The notes below the pieces were generated by a model. The model was not told where the DNA came from. It worked only from the letters and a program-made list of their open reading frames with translations, and did no database searches. Source: Candidatus Hodarchaeota archaeon (lineage in GTDB: Archaea > Asgardarchaeota > Heimdallarchaeia > Hodarchaeales > Hodarchaeaceae). Taken from it: a stretch of 22,531 bases of DNA. This document shows positions 8,873 through 15,943 of the stretch, one piece after another (the first letter of the stretch is position 1; every line of letters begins with the position of its first letter). A program made the position numbers and the translations under genes. The stretch covers positions 1-22,531 of the forward strand of contig JAEOTC010000261.1 of NCBI GenBank assembly GCA_016840035.1. Reading direction: 5' to 3'.

Positions 8873-9466
8873 TTGACTGTTCGTGAACTCAGAAGAAGAA
8901 TTATGGGGCCATATAGAATCTCTCATCATCCACTGTGCGATAATTTTACTGACCATGTTTATCATATCTACGGTCGAAAAGTTTGTAGAGGGTGTTTAAT
9001 GCAATATTCGGGGATGATAATTGCATTTCTACTGATAATCCTCGATTTTTTCCTTCAATTTTCATTTTCTAAATGGAACGATTTTCAATTCGGTGTGTTT
9101 CTCTATTTCTTGATATTTCCTACTTTAATAACAGCATTCATTTTCAAAAATAGAATACTGAAGGATCTAGCACGATTTATGCTAGGTCTAGCGTTTACTC
9201 TCGCTTTCTTTTTAATGCTAATAACCCCAAATTGGATTGTAAAGGGATATATTTTGTTAAATTTTATTCCAGGGTATTATTACCTACAAAAACGTCGTGA
9301 AATAAAGAATGAAGATGTTTGTCTTGAATGCCACGAATATGAACATAGACCATATTGTAGTGGATATCAAACCTACCAAGATCGAGAAAGTATTTTTCTT
9401 GCTCAAGCATCTCAGGGTGGTGTTAAGGATCCGTTTGCACTATCACCAGAATCTCTAGATGAATGA
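8873..9466 (+). CDS. Membrane protein (about 4 TM) with Cys/His metal-binding motifs, DUF2085-like
   Basis: N-terminal SHHPLC...H...KVCRGCLMQYSG resembles the DUF2085 pattern CH...vCaRC.G.y.G. C-terminal CLECH...YCSG. TTG start after GAGGA. Confidence 0.65.
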   Translation: MTVRELRRRIMGPYRISHHPLCDNFTDHVYHIYGRKVCRGCLMQYSGMIIAFLLIILDFFLQFSFSKWNDFQFGVFLYFLIFPTLITAFIFKNRILKDLARFMLGLAFTLAFFLMLITPNWIVKGYILLNFIPGYYYLQKRREIKNEDVCLECHEYEHRPYCSGYQTYQDRESIFLAQASQGGVKDPFALSPESLDE

Positions 9467-9574
9467 ATTCACAATCTTTATTCCTAATTTCCAATACATT
9501 TTTTAAACTTCCAAGAAAAGAGAATATGGATTTTAAGAATCTAATATAACCTAATATGTTATGGAGAATTATAG

Positions 9575-9889
9575 ATGTCAAGTCAACAAGCCTTATTGCG
9601 AAAAACAGCTCCGTGTACAGATCGGTGTATCGCAGCATTAATTGATAGTTTCTTAAATTGTATCCCATGTTACGCCTTATGGAAGGATGGGATTCGAGAT
9701 GGGCAAAGTTTTGGTAAAGGAATGATGGGACTTCGTGTGGTAAAGTTTTCCACTGGTCAACCCGCTACAATAACTGATTCTTGTCTTAGAAACTGCTTTT
9801 CATGTTGTCAACCCCTACTCCTAATTACCAGCGGCCGAAGACGATTCGGTGATTATGTAGCAGGTACAATTGTCATTAAAGATGCTTAA
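9575..9889 (+). CDS. Minimal Cys-rich RDD-family protein (paralogue of 6594..7130)
   Basis: 104 aa. RCIAALID, KDGIRDGQSFGKG identical to the paralogue, RRFGDYVAGTIVI. GGAG upstream of the ATG. Confidence 0.85.
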   Translation: MSSQQALLRKTAPCTDRCIAALIDSFLNCIPCYALWKDGIRDGQSFGKGMMGLRVVKFSTGQPATITDSCLRNCFSCCQPLLLITSGRRRFGDYVAGTIVIKDA

Positions 9890-9926
9890 AACGTTTAAAT
9901 CCCGTATTTAGACGTTTCTTTTTTTT
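9889..9926 (+). terminator. Hairpin plus U-tract terminator
   Basis: AAACGTTTAAAT (9889-9900) pairs with ATTTAGACGTTT (9906-9917): 12 bp including one U-G pair, loop CCCGT, followed by C and 8 T, directly at the RDD stop. Confidence 0.65.
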
Positions 9927-10010
9927 CATTAAGGTTTCATTTATTAATTGAGGTAGACTAGAATCCCAAATTTAGAGCTAAAAGACCTTGAAGGTAAAAG
10001 ATTTGAAAGA

Positions 10011-10934
10011 ATGTTAACTTTTATCTTTAAGAATCGCTTACTGATTGGTGTTTTGTTCGGACTCCCATTTTTCCTTTTTGGTTTATGTACAGAATTAGCA
10101 ATCCTTCATTGGGATATAGCTATATTGTCTGATAATTGGATACGAATAATTGCAGCGATAATTATCTCCATTAGCCTGCTTCCTTATGTGTGGATGATTA
10201 ATGATTACTTTGATGCACCGTACGACAGATTAGATAAGGTAAAAGGGGAAAGAAATTATTTTTGTAGTTCAAATATCCAAGAAAAACCATATCTTGCATG
10301 GATACTGTTGTTAACTCCAGTATTAATCAGCCTACTTTTCAGTATTGTCATTGGGGTGGAAGCTATAGTTCTTGTGTTGACTACATTAATAATTGGCCAT
10401 TTCTACAGCGCTCCTCCAATCCGATTAAAGGAAAAGATGTTCTTAGACTTAATATCACATGGTTTATATGCTTCTGGCCTCTTTTTTCTCTTAGGGGGAA
10501 TAGTATTGTCCCCGTTTTCTTTGGTAATGCACCAACCAGTTTTTCTAGTTTTTCTGAGCATATCTATTCTTGATGGTATTTGGATCCAGTTTAATTCTCA
10601 ATTACTTGATCTCGAAATCGATGAACTAGGTGATCAACGAACAACCTCTGTACTCCTTGGCAGACAAAAAAGTATTGTAATCCTTCGAGCCCTAATTGTA
10701 AGCATGTTGGCATGTACAACTTTTTATTTAGTTGCAAATAAATCTTTAAGAAGTTACTTAACTGATTCTTCTTACCTATTTTCAGTAATATTCTCATTTA
10801 GCTTAATAATTCTATATTTAAGTCAATCTTATAAACTAAAAGGCGATTTTCATGCAATTCGAAAACACTCAGCTTGGATGAGAAGAAATTTTGTTTACTT
10901 ATTCGGAATACTGGGAGTATTATTGATAAAATAG
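10011..10934 (+). CDS. UbiA-superfamily membrane prenyltransferase (substrate unknown)
   Basis: INDYFDAPYD, YSAPPIRLKE, second Asp motif QLLDLEIDELGDQRTT, and many TM segments. Confidence 0.88.
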   Translation: MLTFIFKNRLLIGVLFGLPFFLFGLCTELAILHWDIAILSDNWIRIIAAIIISISLLPYVWMINDYFDAPYDRLDKVKGERNYFCSSNIQEKPYLAWILLLTPVLISLLFSIVIGVEAIVLVLTTLIIGHFYSAPPIRLKEKMFLDLISHGLYASGLFFLLGGIVLSPFSLVMHQPVFLVFLSISILDGIWIQFNSQLLDLEIDELGDQRTTSVLLGRQKSIVILRALIVSMLACTTFYLVANKSLRSYLTDSSYLFSVIFSFSLIILYLSQSYKLKGDFHAIRKHSAWMRRNFVYLFGILGVLLIK

Positions 10935-11036
10935 AAGTTTCTAGTGAAGATGAAATTAATATAGGACTGGAGTAACATTCAAGATAAGTTATCCGATATT
11001 CCCCCTAAATTCATTATTTTTGTGTGAAGTGCTCAA

Positions 11037-11402
11037 ATGCCAAAAGATGGGTATAAACAAGTAAAATTGGATCCCAAAAAAATGGCTAAATGGTGGCAGG
11101 ACGCAGAGGAACAAATAAGGCTTGCTCATCCTCATGAATCGAAGAAAAATCAAGCAAAAATAACAGAAAAATACTTACAGTCTCGTATACAAAATGTTAT
11201 GGCAAAAAAGAAATCACGACCTGATCCTGGTGAAAAACAGATAGCAGAATGGTATCGCAATGAGCTTCTGCACTTACGCCTTGAAATACCCGAAACACCA
11301 TTAAAAGAAAGAGAAAGAATGGCTGCTGAGACTGTAACAAACAAAATAAAGCAGTATCGACGTACAATACAACTTGATTCTTTTTTCGATAGACCAGAAT
11401 AG
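11037..11402 (+). CDS. Basic helical protein with two internal repeats (HMG/YABBY-like) and a C-terminal PIP-box-like motif
   Basis: 121 aa with a gapless internal repeat at offset 53, ending RTIQLDSFFDRPE. The ORF is clear; the function is inferred. Confidence 0.65.
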   Translation: MPKDGYKQVKLDPKKMAKWWQDAEEQIRLAHPHESKKNQAKITEKYLQSRIQNVMAKKKSRPDPGEKQIAEWYRNELLHLRLEIPETPLKERERMAAETVTNKIKQYRRTIQLDSFFDRPE

Positions 11403-11490
11403 TTAAAAGTATTAATAATTGACTTTATACAATTAGTTTTATCCATTCATTTTTCAGTGTTATTCAATCAACGAGTATGGAGATTAAATT

Positions 11491-12219
11491 TTGACAAAAC
11501 GAATGTACCTTGATGATAACTATGTAAAAGAGTTTAATTCCACAATTATGAAGACAACTCACGAAGGAATCGTGCTAAAGGAAACATGCTTTTATCCTGA
11601 AGGAGGAGGACAACCTGGGGATAAAGGAGAACTAGTGATTGATGATCAACATATTAGGGTCAAGAATACACGAATTAGAAAAGGAGTATTAGTTCACGAA
11701 ACTGATTCTCAAGATTATGAGAAAGGCTCAATAGTAAAGGGGATCTTGAATTGGGATTACCGTTATGAACTAATGCGAAGTCACTCAGCTCAACATGTAA
11801 TAAGTCGATTCTTTCAACTCAATTATCAAGCAGAAACAGTAAGTACACAGCTTAAACACTCGAAAAGCAGATTGGATTTTCAACCACTGGGAAAAATAAC
11901 GCAGGAAGAATTAAGTGGGATAACATCTCGGATAAATTCAATATTAGCAGAAAACCTTCCAATATCGATTGATACTCTACCTCGGGAGGACGCATTTAAT
12001 TATCTTCGAGAAAAAGAATATCAGACTAAATATTTAGAAATGGTACCCAAATCAGTAAAATCAATTAGAATTATTTCCATTGGAGAATATGATTTTGCTG
12101 CTTGTGCAGGAACACATGTGAAAAATACATCAGAGATCGGAGAAATTAAGCTCATAAGTACTAAAAATAAAGGCAAATTGAGAGAACGAATATTTTACTC
12201 TGTTACCTCTGATGAGTGA
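11491..12219 (+). CDS. alaX: Alanyl-tRNA editing protein AlaX (AlaX-M type)
   Basis: TCFYPEGGGQPGDKG, Zn ligands HSAQH and CAGTHV, 242 aa. Confidence 0.93.
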   Translation: MTKRMYLDDNYVKEFNSTIMKTTHEGIVLKETCFYPEGGGQPGDKGELVIDDQHIRVKNTRIRKGVLVHETDSQDYEKGSIVKGILNWDYRYELMRSHSAQHVISRFFQLNYQAETVSTQLKHSKSRLDFQPLGKITQEELSGITSRINSILAENLPISIDTLPREDAFNYLREKEYQTKYLEMVPKSVKSIRIISIGEYDFAACAGTHVKNTSEIGEIKLISTKNKGKLRERIFYSVTSDE

Positions 12220-12223
12220 TATG

Positions 12224-13276
12224 TTATTTTGGATTACTTTCAAGTAAGATAGGTTGATGAAAATATCTTCTCATCCAATTTTTAAAACGGAGTTGAGTTT
12301 TTGATGATAACTGTATATTTAGAGATACTTTTTTGGGGATAATTGTATTCTTCTGAAAATAATCCTGTAAAAAGTAAAGGATTAGCACTTCAAGGGAGAA
12401 ATTTTCTGTTCTATTAAGAATCTGGCTTTTCTCTGTAAACAATTTACCTTTTTGATATGAATAAACATCCACTTGAATCTGATGTCTCTGAGATCCTGAT
12501 TTACTAAATTCAAAATGACTCTTCTCAAATGGTTGTCCAATACCTGCAAAACGTTGTCGTAAGGTTTTAAGTGCGCTTAATGAGAGGTACAATTTTTGAG
12601 CTTTTTCATACTGCATTCTTTCTACATAAGAAGTGAGCTCGTTAGACCAGTCATTTATAAGGGTAGAATCGGATGATGTCAAACAATTTACGAATCTGAT
12701 TAAATTTGTATTTTCGTCATCCTTTTGGACACAAGTTCGAGAACACAGATTTAATTGATGCTCCCAACAATTTTCCCTTTTGGTAGAGGTGCAAAACCTA
12801 TTTCTTCGGCGTATTTGGTCGATCAGCTCTCTAAGTTTGATCGAATGTATGTTTATTCTAAAAATCTTATCATTCTCTCGAATTCTATTTTCAATCTCAT
12901 TTGAGTTACACACTAGATGAGGATGAGGTTCATTTCTCAAAATAAGGTAGGAATATGAATGAATTCCGTTATTACGAATATTGAGCTTCGGTTGGTTTGC
13001 CCATATTTGTACTCTTTCAGCTTCAAATGCGGCCTCTTCACTCAAGTATGCTTGAAACTCGATATATCGTGTTAGTAATTGGATCTTAGAATATTTTCTT
13101 TCTTTTACTTTTGAAGATCTAAAATACTGCAAGACACGTTTTTGGAGGTTTTTGGATGCCCCAATATAAAGGATATCTTGATACTCATCAATGAATCGAT
13201 ATATTCCTGGTGTTGAGGGGATTATTGAGAAATCCTCGAAAGGAGTACTTATGCGATTAAACACGTGAGTATACAC
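12224..13276 (-). CDS. UvrC N-terminal-half (Cho-like) GIY-YIG endonuclease
   Basis: PSTPGIYRF...ILYIGASKNLQKRVLQYF, A..AE...I...QPKLN, a four-Cys region, and UVR-like MQYEKAQKL. No RNase H or HhH domains. GTG start. Confidence 0.85.
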   Translation of the reverse strand: MYTHVFNRISTPFEDFSIIPSTPGIYRFIDEYQDILYIGASKNLQKRVLQYFRSSKVKERKYSKIQLLTRYIEFQAYLSEEAAFEAERVQIWANQPKLNIRNNGIHSYSYLILRNEPHPHLVCNSNEIENRIRENDKIFRINIHSIKLRELIDQIRRRNRFCTSTKRENCWEHQLNLCSRTCVQKDDENTNLIRFVNCLTSSDSTLINDWSNELTSYVERMQYEKAQKLYLSLSALKTLRQRFAGIGQPFEKSHFEFSKSGSQRHQIQVDVYSYQKGKLFTEKSQILNRTENFSLEVLILYFLQDYFQKNTIIPKKVSLNIQLSSKTQLRFKNWMRRYFHQPILLESNPK

Positions 13277-13424
13277 CTAGAGAAAAATCAAGATTCACTA
13301 GATAGCTTTTGCATATTATTTTTATTAATGTCGGGTCGAATTAATGTTTAATCTACTCATAGAAAATATAAATATGAAAACCTTTTTAGTCAAAGAGGAG
13401 GAAAGAATCTTAGGAGGACTTTCA

Positions 13425-13568
13425 TTGTCAGAAGAAGAACAGAAGTTGCCAGATGATGTGAAAAAAGAACTACTAAAAAAGACGAAAGACGACGGATTTA
13501 GGGGAGGAATCGAAGAGGCTAAGGCTAAGTTAGAAGGTAAAATTCCTGTCAAACCTAAGGAGGAATAA
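13425..13568 (+). CDS. Small charged hypothetical protein (47 aa)
   Basis: AGGAGG at 13412-13417 ahead of an in-frame TTG at 13425. Sequence MSEEEQKLPDDVKKELLKKTKDDGFRGGIEEAKAKLEGKIPVKPKEE. Purine-rich coding-like composition. Confidence 0.6.
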   Translation: MSEEEQKLPDDVKKELLKKTKDDGFRGGIEEAKAKLEGKIPVKPKEE

Positions 13569-13570
13569 AA

Positions 13571-13650
13571 CGAAGGCTCAGCACCTAATATAAAAGGGGA
13601 GGGATTTTCATCATTACCTCTTTTAATCTTTAATCTCACTTGAAGCTTCG
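13571..13650. other. Imperfect nested inverted repeat (possible terminator or structured RNA) between convergent genes
   Basis: CGAAGGCTCA (13571-13580) with TGAAGCTTCG (13641-13650), and TAAAAGGGG (13591-13599) with CCTCTTTTA (13617-13625). Confidence 0.4.
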
Positions 13651-13683
13651 TGACCCGAAAAGGTAATTAACTATCATTTATGA

Positions 13684-14400
13684 TTATGAAAGCATTTCGA
13701 CTTCTGGGGAGATAATAATTCCTTGATTCGTAATTGATAATGGAAATAACCCTCTTTTATGATTGATTCCTCTCATTTTAACGATCTCGATTCCTCGTTG
13801 CCGTTTAGACCCCAATCGTTCATTGTATAAGCGGATTATACCAGATGCTAGAAATTCCTCCACAGTAAAACCTTTGGAATTGCTACTTTCAGTAATTGCC
13901 AACGAAGTAATTCCAAAACGACGAATTACATCAAAAAAACGGAGAAAATTATATCGGACTTCTCGAATATTATCAAATAGAAGAGAAATTATTGTGAGTG
14001 GATCGATAACGAGGCGTTTTGCATCAATCTCATTAATTGATTCTTTAATGCTTTTTGTAAGTGCAGGGAGATCTACTTTTGTTTGTTGTAAAGCTAATTG
14101 ACCATCTCCAATTGCTCTCCCATAAGAGAAATCTAGTATCTTCAATCTTCCCTTATCTTCAAATTTTGCTAAATCGTATCCAAATGACTTCTGGGTTAAT
14201 AGTAATTCTTTGCGTGATTCGTTGAAACTACAAAAAATACCAGATTCGTCGAATTTTTTTATTCCTTCCACCAAATAACCAACAGAAAGGCATGTTTTTC
14301 CGCAACCAGGAGCACCAGACAGAATAGCTGTCCATCCCGATGGAATCCCGCCTCCTAACAATTCATCTAAGCCTGGTATCCCAGTTCGAGTTAGTTCCAT
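13684..14400 (-). CDS. Single-domain KaiC/RAD55-like RecA-superfamily ATPase
   Basis: TGIPGLDELLGGGIP, Walker A GAPGCGKT, Walker B RLVIDP, C-terminal RGIEIVKMRG. Confidence 0.92.
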   Translation of the reverse strand: MELTRTGIPGLDELLGGGIPSGWTAILSGAPGCGKTCLSVGYLVEGIKKFDESGIFCSFNESRKELLLTQKSFGYDLAKFEDKGRLKILDFSYGRAIGDGQLALQQTKVDLPALTKSIKESINEIDAKRLVIDPLTIISLLFDNIREVRYNFLRFFDVIRRFGITSLAITESSNSKGFTVEEFLASGIIRLYNERLGSKRQRGIEIVKMRGINHKRGLFPLSITNQGIIISPEVEMLS

Positions 14401-14459
14401 TTAATCAACTTCGAAAAATGTTACTGAAAAGTTACCTCTATGTACAGTATAATGCTCAT

Positions 14460-14467
14460 TATATAAA
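14460..14467 (-). promoter_or_regulatory. Putative TATA box for the KaiC-like gene
   Basis: TTTATATA on the minus strand, about 60 bp upstream of the ATG at 14400. Confidence 0.4.
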
Positions 14468-14486
14468 AACAATTCAAAACAGGGGG

Positions 14487-14517
14487 AAAAAAATTAGTGG
14501 AATGATGTAGATTTCCA
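14487..14517 (-). terminator. Possible terminator of the hydantoinase/glycerate kinase operon
   Basis: Short TGGAA...TTCCA stem followed by a 7-T run on the minus strand just after the stop. Confidence 0.35.
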
Positions 14518-14518
14518 T

Positions 14519-15934
14519 TTAATTCTGAAGAAAATTACCTAGTTTTGAACTATTAATGAGTAAAAGGTGAAGATCCATCACATTCGTGCCTGTGGGCCCT
14601 AATAATATTAATGATCTTCCTTGCTTCAGAAAAAACTTCGTTAAATCATTATTTTCTTGAAACGTGTCAATAGAGATATTTTTCTCCTGATAAGTTTCAA
14701 TAGTAATCTTATCACAGATAGCCCCAGCAAATTCTGAATTCCCATCAATTCCATCAGAACCAAAGGAAAGGAACGAAAGATCAGGAGAAGAATCAAGACT
14801 ACTTAGCTCCTTTAGGAATGCCGCAACAACTTCTTGGTTTCTTCCACCAATTCCGTTTCCTTTAACTTTCACGATAGGTTCTCCTCCTGAGATAAATAAT
14901 ACTGGTTCATCCTCCTCTCGAATGAAATCCATCCCCAATTTTGCTAAATTTGACCCTACAACTTTGGCATCCTCTTCTACCAACTGCTTATTGTTAATTA
15001 CCCTAAAACCGAATTGTTTCACCGAATTGTAAATAGCTTGTCTTGCAATAGTATTCGAACCGAGTAGAAAATGGTGAACTTGCGAAAAAATCTGATTATT
15101 AGGTTTAGGAGTCTCTGGAATAATTCCAGCACATCCTTGTGATATGACTTCATTTACAGTATCTGGTAAACCATTTTTCAATACATCGTATTCTTCTAAT
15201 AATTTCATTGCGTCATTGAAAGTACTTGGATCCGAAGTAAATGGTCCAGAGGCTATACTCTCAATTTTATCACCTATAACATCTGAGAGAAGTAATACAA
15301 TTACTGGTGCGGGGATCATTTGTGCAGCTTGACCACCTTTAATCCGAGATACATGCTTTCTGATAATATTTATTTCATGAATTGACATCCCTGAGTGAAG
15401 AAGTTCCAGATTAAGGTCTGCTAGATCTTCAAGCATAATAGGAGGGATTGGTGCTGTCCATAACGCGGAACCTCCTCCACTTATCAAAGCAATCACAAAA
15501 TCATCAGAGGAAACATCAGAAATGTATTCCAACGTCTGTTGTGTATTCTGAATATTGATTTCTGTAGGAATAGGATGAGTAGATTCAACACAGTGGATTT
15601 TTTTAAGGGAAACAGATCGTTTTACCCCTTCTGGAACACTTATTATTCCTGATAATGGTAAATCAAATAAAATTCTCTCAATGGCTTCAGCCATCCGTCC
15701 AACAGCTTTTCCCGCACCAATTACTTTCACTTCTTTATTTGATAGGTCATACTCGTTTTCTGCAATTAGTAAGTTCTGGGAAGAAGAATCATAGTGAATG
15801 TTTTTAATCACAATGTCATATGGATTGACAGCTTCCAGGCCAATGGTCACTAAATCAAACATAAATTGTCGTGACACATGTTCGGGGACTCCAGAAGGTA
15901 AATCGAGCAGTGATTTTAAGTTTCTAATATTCAA
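14519..15934 (-). CDS. Glycerate 2-kinase (DUF4147/MOFRL family)
   Basis: IGAGKA, HPIP, LISGGGSAL, RKHVSRIKGG, SDVIGD, IASGP, SGGE, GGRNQE, SDGIDG, GPTGTNVMD. Confidence 0.93.
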   Translation of the reverse strand: MNIRNLKSLLDLPSGVPEHVSRQFMFDLVTIGLEAVNPYDIVIKNIHYDSSSQNLLIAENEYDLSNKEVKVIGAGKAVGRMAEAIERILFDLPLSGIISVPEGVKRSVSLKKIHCVESTHPIPTEINIQNTQQTLEYISDVSSDDFVIALISGGGSALWTAPIPPIMLEDLADLNLELLHSGMSIHEINIIRKHVSRIKGGQAAQMIPAPVIVLLLSDVIGDKIESIASGPFTSDPSTFNDAMKLLEEYDVLKNGLPDTVNEVISQGCAGIIPETPKPNNQIFSQVHHFLLGSNTIARQAIYNSVKQFGFRVINNKQLVEEDAKVVGSNLAKLGMDFIREEDEPVLFISGGEPIVKVKGNGIGGRNQEVVAAFLKELSSLDSSPDLSFLSFGSDGIDGNSEFAGAICDKITIETYQEKNISIDTFQENNDLTKFFLKQGRSLILLGPTGTNVMDLHLLLINSSKLGNFLQN

Positions 15935-15943
15935 TTTTGTCCC

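Noticed and set aside
9320-9334. CLECH as a c-type heme-binding CxxCH motif
   Set aside because: A single motif with no signal peptide, following a basic KRR stretch that suggests a cytoplasmic location, and no cytochrome maturation genes nearby. Zn or Fe ligation is more likely.
6591-9466. Selenocysteine read-through at TGA codons adjoining the Cys-rich genes
   Set aside because: The domains are complete without read-through, the extension after 7130 is only a few codons, and no convincing SECIS was seen.
13684-14400. Circadian clock KaiC
   Set aside because: Single domain, no Ser-Thr phosphosite pair, and no kaiA or kaiB in the window.
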